NCBI GenBank assembly: GCA_050273025.1
Contig: CP158635.1
Span: 32,612,001 to 32,676,000 of the forward strand
Length of the DNA stretch: 64,000 nt
Reading direction: 5' to 3'
Source of the DNA: Cenococcum geophilum
Taxonomy: Eukaryota
Made by a program: the position numbers and the translations under genes. Below, piece after piece: positions 12,904-25,889 of this stretch (positions are counted from its first letter, which is position 1; each line of letters starts with the position of its first letter). Below the pieces are notes generated by a model that saw only the letters and a list, made by a program, of their open reading frames with translations, was not told the DNA's origin and ran no database searches.

Positions 12904-12991
12904 GCAGAGTTAGTCTAGTGGTTATGATATTCGCCTTACATAAACATTTATGTGGCGCGAAGGGTCGCGAGTTCGATCCTCGCACTCTGTA
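12904..12991 (+). tRNA. tRNA-Val(TAC) with a 15-nt intron (12941-12955)
   Basis: Acceptor stem GCAGAGT/ACTCTGT, anticodon stem TTCGC/GCGAA around CT-TAC-A, T-arm GCGAG-TTCGATC-CTCGC, and a downstream T-run (Pol III terminator). Confidence 0.92.
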
Positions 12992-13505
12992 GCGGTTCGT
13001 TTTTTGCCTGTTGGTCCCTTTCTTTTTTGGTTAGGGAAACGTAGGATGGGGTTATGAAGGTGTCCACACGCTGTGCGACGTCTCCGCGTCGGCTCTGCTG
13101 AATCCGAAGACCAGCAGGTGGCTTAATAATTTATATATAAAAGATTTTCTTAAGAAGATTCTTTATAAATTTTATATATATCATCTATATAAGACGTGGT
13201 TATTAAAGATAGGTTTACGTTGTAACTTCTTTTGTATAGGACGTCTTATTGAAAAATTTGTAGAAGATAAGAAAACTGCAGTATCAAAGTCGAGAAATAC
13301 GGATTTAAGGTAAATCGGCCACCGAAACATATCGACTTGTCCGACTTTCCTATCTCGAAGGTGTTCTTATTACAGCAGCTAGGTAAGATCATATCAGAAA
13401 CTTAAGAAATATATGATCAGCATAATTAATCAATTGCAGTTAGCTAAGATAATGTGGGTCGAGTCCAAGTTCGAATTCCGTACTGACGTACTGGGCCAAT
13501 CTATT

Positions 13506-15356
13506 TTATGAAGCATGAGGCCACGCGTTTGACCACCCCGGAATCTCGTAGGAACCTAGCGGAACCCTACGAATTGAAGCAAACGACTCAGCCAGTAAAT
13601 AAAGCCTAGCAAAAAGAACTGGAATGAGCCCGACCCCAAAGCTAACCCTGAATGTCCATTGAATGAGAGTTTCAAAAACCGGATTGTGCTTCTCCAGCCA
13701 CTTCAGGGATGGGTATAAGGATAAGGATAAAGTGAATGAGCACCACGTCGCAGCGGTGATGGCGGCGCTAATCTTCCAGAGCAACTGTTCCGCATAGCTT
13801 GGGAAACTGTTGTTCCAAGCTGCAAGATGGACACCTCCAAAGGTCAACCCAATGAAGGAGATGATTAAGGCTTGAGCCCATAGGTTTCCTCGTGCGTCAG
13901 AGAGACGCTTGTAAGCGTCGTCAATAACCTCGAAGTAATATCCTTCTTGGCTTCTCCCGTGGAGGTTGAAGAGGCTCTGATACATGAGTTTCCCGAGCCC
14001 TGAGCGGGAGGTTAGATAAGCACGGCTGGTGGGTCGATCTTGGCTGGAGGTATTTGCCTCGTTAACAGTTGGGGATGAAGCCTTCTCGATGTCTAGAGAG
14101 GTGGGGTATGCGCGGCTGGCCATTGAATCTTGGCCAGAAGTAATAACTTCACCCACAGTTGGAGGTGAAGCCTTCTCGATATCCGGAGATTTGGGGTCAG
14201 CGTGGTGGGTGGACGGACTTTGGTCGGAGGTCGATTTAGTAGTTTTGCCCCCCGGTGGGTTTTCGAAAACCGTCAATGGATCAGTCGGGTCGAGGGTGGT
14301 TGTTCCTCTCACCAAACAAGAAACCAATCCCTTGTCTCTCTCATAATTGAGAGGGATGGTCGTCGAGGTTTCGATGTCAAGGGGTTTATACCACCATATA
14401 ATATACATGGACACGGCGCAGAACGTGTGTAAGACGGTATGGAGCTCCAGCAGTGTTACTGGATAACGAGCAGCGGTGCGACCAATGACCTGAACAATAA
14501 TCCAGAGAACTTGCGAGATGACGATACCTTTAGTGAGGGTGGTGGCGTTGCCTTTATCGCGCACTTCTTCGGCGGTGATTGTGGACAGCAGCTTAAGTCC
14601 CTTTCCATCCTCCGATTCCCATTGCGCCACTTCCCAGACTCCGTGAGGTGTCAAGGTTAGTTTTTTGTTTCGCCTCTTCGCGGTATCATGGACGAGTTCC
14701 TCGGACTTCGCGGTATCATAGACGGCTTCCGGAATGACAAACCCCCCCATGACAGCGTAATATGCCAGCGAGATATCCCATCCCTTTATTTCCGAGTTGC
14801 CCGGCAATTTTGAGTTGCAGGCATGTGGGCGTAAGTCGTGGTAGACTTTTACTAAGCACTTATGCTCGCATGCCTGGTTGCTCGGGTAGACTCTTTCGAT
14901 GGTTTTATTGATCTTGTCACGGAGGATGTAAGCAGCCTTCCTCTCGTACGCCGCGATAGCCATCATCCCTTCTGGTGCGATGAGGATGATGCAACTCCAA
15001 CCAATTTTTCGGACTGTTTTACGGGCCAGAAATGCCTCAAGCTTCTCATTAACCCAGGGTTCTTCTACTTCGGATCCAAAGATTGCTTTCAAAACACGGT
15101 CTAAGGTCTTGTTGATCTCGTTTTCAGGCTCGATGTTGACGTGTACTGTCGTCCAGATGCATAGGGAGAGTGTTATGACGCAGCTGAAGATGAGTCCGAG
15201 AGTGCCGCGATTATGGGGCCCTGGTACCCAGCCGGGCTCGAAAACTTCAGTAGTGACGGCCGGCTAGCAGTCATTTCCGCTCGGCGTGGTTGTGGCAGCT
15301 GCGTGCTCGGAGATCAAAAGTAGCGCTGGAAACCATAGCACCCTCAAGTTAGGCAT
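13506..15356 (-). pseudogene. Uncharacterised fungal multi-pass membrane protein with one premature TAG (15264-15266)
   Basis: Signal peptide MPNLRVLWFPALLLISE, then in-frame GWVPGPHNRGTLGLIFSC..CIWTTVHVNI, YYAVMGGF, WWYKPLD, GGVHLAAWN..FPS and ARLYL..ESFASIR. The only stop is at codon 31. Confidence 0.75.
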
Positions 15357-17179
15357 GTACTTTCAGACTGTCTGTCAGCATGTGGTGTTTATTTGAGATC
15401 CATGGCCTGGCTTTCGATTTTGTCTAATCACCAATATTCCATCTTGACTTACATTCATGTTAGTGATACTTGGAGTCTTAATGCAGGCAAATGTATTATG
15501 GTGAAGATGAATGGGGGTTGCAGCGAGCAGTATGCGTATCGTTTGCTGCAGTGAGTGAGCTTAAGCGTAACTGCACTGCGAAGTGAGTTTAAATAATCGC
15601 GATAACGTCCGATGCGGTCGGCAGGGTCTTCCGGACACGTACCAGACGCGAGCATTTGCAAGACCAGTAATCTACTGATGAGGTATGAGGGAGGCCTGAA
15701 ATTGGTACCTACCTCTGTTCTTAGAAAAGAAGCTTGCTGATTTGATTAAAAATTATGATTACACTGCATCCCTTTCATCAATCACTGATGGATGCCGATA
15801 AGATGACGAGCAAATAGGCACTGACTAAAGCCGAGGAGTTCAGGTGTTTACGATCATTGGCAGCCATTTGCCATAAGCATTCGCAACGTGTGACAGCTCA
15901 CACTTATTTCTTCCCCTATTTGTTATTTAGGGATGAGAGCAGCGGCTGCCCAGTGAGCTGCGGATGAGAATCAAGGGCTTGTGACAACTTCACTGTGCAG
16001 CTCGACGGAAAAAGACGTCAAAAGCAACAAAAGCAGCAAATGTGGTAAATATGCCGAAAGTCTAAGCTTTGCTTTGCCTTACCACGTAACATGCACTCAG
16101 CTGCAGTTCTATTTTGTTGGTCCTCGATGAATAAGGCCCGACTCCCATTGTGAAATGTTGCATGTTGTACGTTGCATGAGCTCCTGAGCAGCGATACGTG
16201 GACAGCAACCTGCATATCACATTTTCGCTGTGTGCAGCAGGAGGTATGGAAGGCCTTCCTCTGTGTCTCGGGCGTTGGGGGCCTGGCCGTCTTTTGGTGT
16301 GCTCGTTTCCCATGGAGCTTCATGGCAGACTGCCTGGTCTCTTTCAATTATGCAGGGAAAAAGAGGCTTCATGCACTCCTAGTTGTTAGCTGTAAAACTA
16401 CATTTTGCATAGCCGAGAAGGGCAGGATGGGCTGAAAAGGGATGTAGAATGCGGAATATTATTTTCATACTTTGTCGCGACGTCTACGAAATATCATGCT
16501 ACTAAGCAATAGGTGGCAAGAGCCTAGCGATATCAATGATTTCTCACGGGCCCGGTTTTTGCTTCTAGATTCTGAAGGAGAATCCCTTCGAACAGGTCAA
16601 AATACTTTTGCGCGGCTGGTGGACCGATGGGTGGTAGACTTGACGGGTATAATGGGTTGATGGGTTGGCTTGATAGGGTCGAAAGGGCTGGTTAAGGTTG
16701 ATGTGTTGATTGCGCACGGGCTCACTTGCAGAACCGGGGAGTTCGGTCATCTAGATTTGCGGAGATGCCTGAGATTCTGCTGAACGGAAATCTTGATTAG
16801 GTTTATGGCGTGCAGATCTTCCGCTTTGCCCCTCTAGTGCGTCTCCACTTTGACCCTGCCTCTTTCCGCTTTCAGCCCCACCTGCTTCTACCGCCTTTGC
16901 CTTGACGTTGGCGGAGAGCGAACAACGCGTGACCCACAACGGAAAGAGAAACATCCAACGTAGCCCACCAATTGCAGCAATCTGACCCCGCGAATATCTA
17001 TCACATATCGGGGGGGCTGATTTGGCGCGGTTACGACCCGGGTTAATACGAGGTTAGGCCTACCCCTGCTGATAACGCGCCCGAACCCCGCACGAGGTCG
17101 CGCAGCGACCGCCCCCGAGTACTTTCGCACGCGATTTTGGGCGAAAAGGTACATAATTTGTGTTAGATCGGTACTTCTG

Positions 17180-20100
17180 GATGGTCGCGTAATATTACTC
17201 TAAATTTACAACACCTAAACGGGCTCTATTCCTATATTAAGGCGTCTTAGTTGCTATAATGTAGTCCTATATTAAGACGTCTTAGTTACTATAGTATAGT
17301 CCTATATTAAGGCGTCTTAGTTAATACAGTGCAGTCGTATATTAAGGCGTTTTAGTTACTATAGTGTAGTTTTGTATTAAGGCGTCTTAGTTACTGCAGT
17401 GCAGTTATATATTAAGGCGTCTTAGTTACTGCAGTACAGTCCTATATTAAGACGTCTCGGTTACTAGTATAGTCCTACATTAAGGCGTCTTGGTTATTAT
17501 AGTAAAATAGGTATTATCTACTACTTAAGAGGGAGCCTCCTTTGCCTTAGATATTCTTATAAAGCCAATCTAAAGAATGCCGGCCTTGTAGCTGTTTTAG
17601 CTAGTTAATAGCCTATTTCTTATCTCTTGCCGTACCGTTTTCTACGCGCCGTCTTATATCCTTAATAATTCTATAGCGACGGCTATAGAATATAGCCTTA
17701 CTATTAACCTGCTAGCGTGCCCCCTAGCAGCGATTAAGAGCTTTAATTAACGGCCTACCTGCTAGCCCTAAAGTCCACTTAGTCTAGAGCTGGAAAACTA
17801 AATTACCGCCTTAAAGCATTTTATATTTCCTTAGCGGCGCCTATAGGTTAAGGATAAATAGGAGAGATAGTTAAGTATTAGCTTATGCCTACGCTAATAG
17901 GGGCGATGCGGATATAGTAGACGGCTAAGCGGGCGGTGCGGATATTATAGACGGCTAAGTAAACAGTGCGGATATTGTAGACGGCGGCTAAGTAGGCAGT
18001 ATAGATATTATAGACAGCTAAGCAGGCGGCGCGGATATAGTAGACGTTATAGTAGACGGCGCGGGCTTGCCTAAAGGTAGATATATAGACTCTATAGGCT
18101 TTATCTAGATACCTATCTTCCCTTACTAGATCTATATAGGTGCGAATAATGCTAATAACCTTTCTATTTCGCTAAGGCGTTCTAAGATTATCTACACGCG
18201 TAATTAAACCCCCTTTACCTTAGAGATCGCGGCCTTATATCTTAGCTTAGCTACGGCCTTATAGGCGGGCCAGTATTTCCGCATTATTAGCTTATTTAGC
18301 GTAACTACGTTAGCTAGCGAACTTTCTACCTATATGGCGAACCTCCGGTATTCCTTGTAGCTAAAAAGGGGGTCCTTCTATAGGGGGTAGAGCGGGAACT
18401 ACTTGCGTAGGATTACTAAGTTCTATAATAGGATTACCCTAAGCGCGTAGAGGAGGCGTAGAAATCCTAAGCCCGTAAGGTTAAGCCGTACAACCTTATT
18501 ATTAGCCCTATCTAGGTAGTAGGCCTCTATACGTTTTAGCTAGATATTAGTCTTAGGCCATATCTTTAAATAGAGGGCCTCCTCCAGCACCTCCCGTACG
18601 CGAGGGAGAAAGTAGCCCTTTTCTTTCTTTGGGAAGCCGGTAATTGACTATATAAATGCATGGGGTAGGTAGCTAAGGTAGGCTCCTATTATCGCATCTA
18701 TATTCTAGCGTCCGGCCCGTCTAATTTAGGTCTCCTTAACGCCGCTAAGCTTGGTATATCGGACGCTCTGCTTACAGGCGCTATAGGTCTTCTCCTTTAA
18801 GTAAATTCCTACCCCCTAGAACATCTTTTTATTCTATTTAAACTGCGTATAATAGCTTAGCGGCTATTACGGTACTTTAATACTATTAGGGAAGACGTAT
18901 AGGTTATAGTAGTCCTTCGGCTGCTAAAAGGATGGGAAGCTTTTAGCGCTATCTTTACCCTAGCGGTTAAAGAAGTAGAAGGCTACTATAGAGAGGGGGT
19001 AGAGAATAGGGTTAGCGTTCTGTATATAGCCTATATACTTAACCTTACCGTACTAATTCTACTTCCCTTATATTATTAACATAATTATATATAGCGCTAA
19101 CTCGTCTAGTTTAGGCCCTTTATTCTTTAGTTTAATAAGAATAAGATTAGTAAGCTAAATATCTCGTCTACTTTTACTATAGGTAATAGTAGTATGGCCT
19201 AAGGAACGGGTTAGAAAACGGTAGCTATATAGACTAGATAGGGTATATATAAACCTAATAAATACTTAGCTATAGTTTAAAGGTAAGACTTAACTAAACC
19301 TAGTATCTTAGAGCCCGTCTCCTAGTACTAAGTAATCGCCTTTTTAAGCCCTTTAATATTATAGCCGCTAGTAATTATAAATAGGCCTTAATTAATAAAG
19401 TTAACGCATTAAATCTAGTCCTTATTACGGCGGACGCTATCTAGTACTACTAAGAGCTTTACCCCCTATAGCGGCTGTAAGGTCTTACCTTCTAACTACT
19501 ATATATAAAGCTCGGTAATAGTAAAGATATAGCTATTTATAACTAAGTATTAGACTATCTCGTTAAATAGGGCGTCTAAGGCCTCCTTATCCTATATCTC
19601 CCCTTCCTCCTTTACAGCTTCCTCCCCTATGCTTGCGGCTGCCCCTATAGCTGCCCCTACGGCTGCCTTCCCCCCTAGCTGCCCTACCCGCTTAACTGTT
19701 TTCTACCTTTTCTTTACCCGCTCGCTATCTTTCTATATCTCTTTCCGTTTTAACTTCTATTTTTAATAGCTAGCAGCCTATAATTCTTGGTTAATGACTT
19801 ACTGCTCTAAAAATAGGTAAAGCTTATCTTTTGTTACCTAGGCGCCGTCCGTATTGCCTTTTAGTATTCTTTAAGCGCTAGGCCTTATAAATATTATATA
19901 GCCGTGCTGTCTAGGCCTTAAATTCGCTCTAGAGGCTATAGGGGGAGGAGGCTAGGGGGGCTTCTATTGACTATAAAGTGGACTATAGGGTAAGGAGATT
20001 CTTAAAAGACTCTATATCCGTAAGAGGTAAGGGGGAGACGCGTAAGCGCGGCGTAGGTAAATAAAGCCACTAAACGCGTAAATATTAAAGGAGAAGAAGG

Positions 20101-20340
20101 AGAAGAGGGCTTTATATTATACAATTATAATTACAGTAGGCCTTTCTATATAAAATTAGAAGCCCCGCGTAAGCTAGCGCGGGCATAAGGATAGAAGAGG
20201 GTTGGAAAATGGATTGTTAAGGCAATAGTGAGGTCAAAGGCGCGCTAAGGCCCTCTATACTAACCTAGTACTAACCTAAGCCTTAAAAACGCGTCTAAAA
20301 AGTAGGGGCCACTACCAAAGGGGGGGGGTGATATTTAGAC
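17180..20340 (-). mobile_element. RIP-degenerated Crypton-like (tyrosine recombinase) element: NDC10_II-like + GCR1_C-like relic
   Basis: Minus-strand relics: KEKTYSA..IRRAGR*N....AYLSYLP.AFI.SITGF..KGYFLPR (~18600-18820) and QL*TKWTLGLAGRPLIKALNRC*GAR*..FYSRR..IIKDI (~17650-17820). Stops are consistent with RIP. Boundaries approximate. Confidence 0.8.
17231..17504. repeat. Tandem repeat, ~8 copies of a 35-bp unit (CCTATATTAAGGCGTCTTAGTTACTATAGTRYAGT), RIP-mutated
   Basis: Directly visible head-to-tail copies with no spacers, downstream of the Crypton-like ORF. Confidence 0.9.
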
Positions 20341-21055
20341 GATATGTCGCGGACCTTAGGAGACCTCCGATACCTGAATATCTCAACATCTGCATGAAAT
20401 TCCCTCCTGCCAAAGCCAATCATTTGGTACTTATTTCACGGTACATGAGATAGAGACGGCCACAGTATATCAAGATGCAAGATTATCCAGATGCGTGCCA
20501 GCTTGCCAACTTGCCAACTTGCCGGTCCGTCGACCCGCCAACCTGTCGGCTTTTATCTCGTCAACCCGCCTGCACCGTAACCTGCGTCATCTCGATGTGA
20601 TGCAGCTGCCAAAGCCTTGATACTGGAAAAGCTTTGATGCTGCAGCGCTTTGACGCTGTTAGCACAGTCAAAATTCCGTGTCACTCGCTCCCGTCACTCG
20701 CTCCCCATGACTCGCCCTATGCATCCGTGCCCGTTCCCACCCTCTCAACCCTTTCCAGCCATATCGTCGGTCTTCAGTGAGGCATCCTGGGCGAGATTGG
20801 CTGTAACTGTATTACCGCTTAGAGCCGCCTTTCCTCTGTCATATCTACGCTACGGTCCATCCGGGCCGAGTGTCTAAGCTGTCTATCTCTAGTTGGGCTG
20901 AACTACTTTGTTGTAGACGGAGAGAAAAATAGAAGAGTTAATACCGGCCTTCCACCCGTTTGTTAATCTATATCAACTACATGCTCGTGCTTCTGCCTCG
21001 CTCGTTTCCGTTTACATTGTCGCTGGTCTCCTCTCGCATTGCCTAATATCATAAG

Positions 21056-22230
21056 ATGCTCCTTTCACTTTGGCTTGCTTTCTTTTCCGTCACCTTCGCC
21101 GTAGTTCAAGCTGTCAGCCTATTCGAAGGCCTCCACAACGCCAATGCCATCAAATTTGCCCAATGGATCCAATCTGATCCCGACCTTGCTGCCATCTTCA
21201 CCAATGCCCCCGTTAAGACCATCTTCGCGCCCATCGACGGTGCCTTTGAGAACGGCAATAAGACCTACTTCCGCCGCTCGCTTTTACATAGGCAGATCAG
21301 CAGAATGGAACCCTGCAGCAATGCAGAGATACAGAAACTAACCTAGCCGCCATGGGTGTGCCCCATGGGGATAATGTGCCTACCAAACTACCAGCCGATG
21401 GTGGGAGGAACCAACCGGTTGTGGCGCACAATAACACCGCAAAGATGTTAGAAGGGACGGGGACGACGGGCATCCGGCTATTTTCGGGGTTGGGGAATAA
21501 TGTGACAGTCTTGAAAGGTGATACGGTTTATGATGGGGGAAGGATCCAGACGATTGATGGGTACAGCAAACTAACCCCACCCCACCGCCCTTCTATTTTT
21601 GTTCCCGAAGAGTACAACAGCTAACCTCAAAATATGACAAAAGATTCTTCACCATTCTCCAGTCCCTCACTAGCACCCTTGCTGCAAAAAATCTCACCGG
21701 CTTTGCTGCTGGCATCCAGGCCACGAACCTCACTTCCATCGTCTCGAACCATTCCGCTGCGGGTGTCACTGTATTTGTTCCCTCAAACGCCGCCTACGCC
21801 GCCGCTGGTCTATCCCCTAACATCTCGTCCCTTACCGAAACGTTGTCGAACCACATTATCACGGGCTTTTTAGGATATCTCCCCTCACTCAATGATGGTG
21901 CTATTTTGACCACACATTCCGGCATGACAGTTATGTGCACATTCAGGGAGAGGATTATTTTATAGATGACGCAAAGGTTGTGGCTGGGGATCTCGTTATC
22001 TCGAACGGTGTCGCACATATAATTGACAAGGTAGTCCATTCCCCGCATTTCAACCCCCTTACCTTTCTTCTACGATCTCAATCTCGCTTTTACCCCGATA
22101 TTATCAGGTCATCACCCCGGCGTCTCAAACTTTCACAGGCGCAGCAGAGCGGTCGTTGAGCCAGATATCCTCAACTGTTACTGTGGTTTGGAGTGTGGCT
22201 ATTTCGTTACTTTTGAAAGAGTCGGGTTAA
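21056..22230 (+). pseudogene. Secreted/GPI-like protein with two fasciclin (FAS1) domains and two apparent frameshifts (~21290, ~21935)
   Basis: Signal peptide, TIFAPIDGAF, YDGGRIQTIDG, TVFVPSNAA, NGVAHIIDK|VI and a hydrophobic C-terminus. Confidence 0.75.
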
Positions 22231-22877
22231 TCCTTCAATGAAATGTTACGATTTGCTATTTGTTCCCCCGAACCCCTTAGTCCCCACTTATGGTCCCATT
22301 GAAATCGGGCCCTGAATTTGGTATAAAACAGTCAACAGCCGTGATCAAGAGTAGGCAGGTTTCTTGCTACCTAATCTCTAATAAAATGCATATGCACCTG
22401 CAAAGCTTACATTAAAATCACATAGATATCACATGAACGTACTGTGGCTGCCTGTATTAGCTTCCTGCATGTACCATGCTTGTGTAGAGCCGCCGGTGAA
22501 TATTCTCGGGAGCAGCACTGCCGATTCAGGGTGCCTTGCCATGGCACGTGCCAGAATGACAACAAATAACTCATTTCCTCTCTCCTCATTTGTCTATGTA
22601 ATATGGTTGCAAGGCAATAGGTTAGGAAACTTGGGCGCCGATGCGTTTGCACTGAGGTGTGGTTTGTTTTCTCCCCTTGGCTTCGTAACCTTTGACTCTT
22701 GGCCATCACCCCCTTAATCTTTGTAATGTTCATTTATAAAAATCATGATTAGTGTTCTTTTACCACCCTACTCAATCATGATATCTTGAAACCGTACTCT
22801 GTTTTTTTTTTTTTGTATCCGTCCGTGTGCATCCCCAGTTTGCGAGGCTGCTTAACCCAAAGACCAACACCTAGCTA

Positions 22878-24554
22878 TGGATACTCAACAACTGAACAAT
22901 ACCTACATCTTACTCCAACGTTTTCACTAAAGATGCCATTGCTGTTACCAGCTATAGCTGCCTCATCCTTGTCTCCCTCTACACGCTTATGATCGGCTCC
23001 ACTATCTCGCAAGTCTGGTCCTTAGTCGTGTCCCTCAGTATTTTCTTCTTCATTCGTAAGACGCACAGCCAAAACCGTGCTGCGGCCACTGCTGGCATCT
23101 TCAATGCCCAGTTATCCCCCACCTCTGTGATGACGATAGCTATGAGCTACATAAGCCGATGAAATAGGAAATCTGGTATCCACTTTTGCGGACTGGCCTT
23201 GCGATTCTGGCCGCGGGTGTGGCATCTTCTACCTCGATCCTCCTCCCGAGACTCTTACGAATTGGAAATGCTGCCCCTGTCAACCCCTCTGCGGTATATG
23301 TCCCCAACCCGGCCCCTAACGGCACCACCTTGAACACAGCCATGATCGGGAGGGTCTTCGCACTGGGGGTGCCAGGAGCGCTGCGCACAGCAGGCCAAGT
23401 TGGAATAGAACCGAACGTCATGGTAACAGGAGACGGACACCTCTTTCGGATTTATGCGCGTCAACTACCACTATAACATCACCGCTGCTGAGTTTGGGCT
23501 ACAGAATATACCCGGGTTAATTTTCTACGTAAATGGGTCTTGCTATACCGAGTACGGATGGTTCAGAGGTACTATCAATGACAATGTGTCAACGACGGAT
23601 GTTTACCACCTATGAAATGATCCAAATTACTTAGAGCAGCCCTCCACTAGAGATGGCGGACCTCCTTTCCCCCTTTTCAAGTCTAACCGTACGTCTAGAC
23701 CAATCCTAGGTAATAACAGCTACGCGATTGTCATCTCGTCCCTAGATCGCTTCAGCTATACCTCGGGCACAGATCCCTGGTATCTGACCATCCCATACAA
23801 CACATCCGACAGCCCATATCCATTCATAGTTGACACCGGCCGCCCTGCGCTTTCCTGCTGGGAAACAAACATCTTTCACTACCAAGGCAAGATCTCTGAC
23901 GTCTGGAATCTCAACGAACTCCACCCTGCCTTTGGCTCCTCCCCTAGCACTCCCAGCTTCCTCGCCGACGTCCTCCAACTATCTCTCAATGAACCCATGA
24001 TAACCCTCATCGGCACCTGCCTCGGACGCTCCGCCCTTGCCTCCTCATCCTCCTCCGCTCTAGGTGTTGCCTTCGACGCAAACACCTCCTCCATCTACCG
24101 CGACCTCGAGTATCTAGCCGTAGCGTCCTACGTTAGAACCCGGGATATATTTGCCGAGACGACGCGGTTCGGCGAGCAGGGCCGCGAAGGAATCCCGGAC
24201 CTCGCGCGCGACAATGACGATAAACCGCGCGCTGAGACTGGGGACTTTGTCATTACGAGCCCAAATATCGCGACGCTGTCGATACGCGCCTTGATAATCG
24301 TCCCCGCGGTTACGGGAGGATTGGTTTTAGTGGCCTTTCTGTTCAAAAGGGTGTTGAGGTCTTCGGACCTGAGCAGAGCGTTGGGCGCAACAATGCTGTA
24401 CAGTTATCTGCACGAATTAGCGGGAAGAGAAGGACGGGAGAGCGAAAACTGGAATCGGGAGGGAGACGTGGCATTTAGCTCCCAGAAGGTGCCGGCGAGG
24501 ATCATGCCAGTGTTGCACGAGAAGGTGGTCCAGTGGAATTTCCAGTCCAAATAA
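22878..24554 (+). pseudogene. Degenerate gene for an uncharacterised fungal membrane protein
   Basis: Collinear protein-like fragments (LVSLYTLMIGS.., RIGNAAPVNPSAVYVP, DPWYLT, RPALSCWET, DLEYLAVASY, TLSIRALIIVP) interrupted by several stops and frameshifts. Confidence 0.6.
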
Positions 24555-25206
24555 GAGGATCCGTTGGTAAGGTAAATGGGCCTAGTTCTCAACTAAGCTA
24601 GACAAGTGATGTTAATCGGAGTCTCTCGATCTAGTGTCTTAAAGTAATCCAATACAGACGATGGCCAAATCAAGAAAGCTTTAAATCGGCCAATTACGGC
24701 AACAAGAGACAGGACAGTGATAATTGACGGATAGATCATTGGATGGGACCGCTAGGGATGAAACGGGAAGGAACGGAATCGAGTGGCGTGGGAGGCAAAT
24801 ATATCTTCCAAAGAAATACCAATTAGATAGCAGTCTGGCTCTAAGAAGCCTTTTTATCTTTTATCTTAAAAGAAACAGAATCCCCGTACTTCATTGTCGT
24901 CGTTAATACAATTTCCCATACCTATTACCTTCGAGCATGGTTATAGTGATCAGTGCCGATATCCGTATTATTAAGACTAGGCAGCTATCCCTTACATAGA
25001 TAGATTCGTCCGTAGAATAGTGGCCTGAGCTTAACCAATTAAACAGCCGCGTTCGTTGGCGGCAAGGCGTTTTGCCATGCATCTAAGGTTCGCGTAAAGC
25101 TCCAAATATACTCCACAAGCTTATTCAGCAACTTAATAGTCCAAAATAGCTTGAATATTTAATGGGGATCGCCAGAATCGACGTGGTGTGGAAGCTTTGG
25201 ATGTTA

Positions 25207-25347
25207 TCCCTTAACCCGCCGAGTTGCGTCCATCTGTTATCGATAAGGATTTAGCCAATCAGATCAATAGGATCAAGGCTCCATGACCACACGATTCTGG
25301 TGTTCCGCACGGACCATCTACTAGATGGACGCCGGCGGGTTAAGGGA
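25207..25347. mobile_element. 141-bp MITE, TCCCTTAACCCGCCG family
   Basis: 15-bp perfect TIR, extending with GCGTCCATCT after a 4-bp indel. TA on both flanks. Confidence 0.85.
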
Positions 25348-25362
25348 TAGGTGTTTCATTAC

Positions 25363-25830
25363 TGTCGATCGGAAGACCAAAAGATAAAAAGAATGATAAC
25401 TCTATCTCATTGCAAGAGGCTCTAGAGCCTCATTATATACACTAAGTAGATGGCAAAGACTAACTGTCGATTTAGGTTGGATTTAGCCTATTACCCTATC
25501 CTTGTTCCTATTCCGGTTGTACTACTACCCCCGTTTCAGTTATATACCCCCCCTACCCTTATTACCTGCACCTACCTTATGTATAAATAGTTTCTTTTCT
25601 TCATAGTTTGAATAGACAGATTCCTCATTTCTCTTCTTACAATCGGTGCACGGACTACCGATCGACACTAACGTCGACACTGACGTCAATTTGAAACTGT
25701 TACCTCATAGCCACTTAATCGACATTGGGTAATAGGTAATAGAAAGGTAATAGAAATAGTATAAAGTCATAAGGTGATAGGCAACTAGAACAGGAACAGG
25801 GTAATCACCAAAATCCGACCTAGATCGACA
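25363..25830 (-). mobile_element. Solo LTR (TGTCGA..TCGACA) containing a nested solo LTR
   Basis: Terminal TGTCGATC/GATCGACA; flanks ATTAC/ATTGC (5-bp TSD, one transition). Confidence 0.7.
25465..25667 (+). mobile_element. Solo LTR, 203 bp
   Basis: TGTCGA...TCGACA with a perfect 5-bp TSD (CTAAC) and a TATA-like element. The 3' end is identical to 40647-40680. Confidence 0.88.
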
Positions 25831-25889
25831 ATTGCGGATCGGCAGAGGTCTGAAGTAAGGCGGTGGTTTAGGCGCAGGCGGTAGCTTTT

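Noticed and set aside
15400..17160. Short ORFs between the membrane-protein pseudogene and the Crypton-like relic
   Set aside because: No recognisable motifs or consistent exon structure.
17231..17504. 35-bp repeats resembling a CRISPR array
   Set aside because: Head-to-tail with no unique spacers, eukaryotic context and no cas genes.
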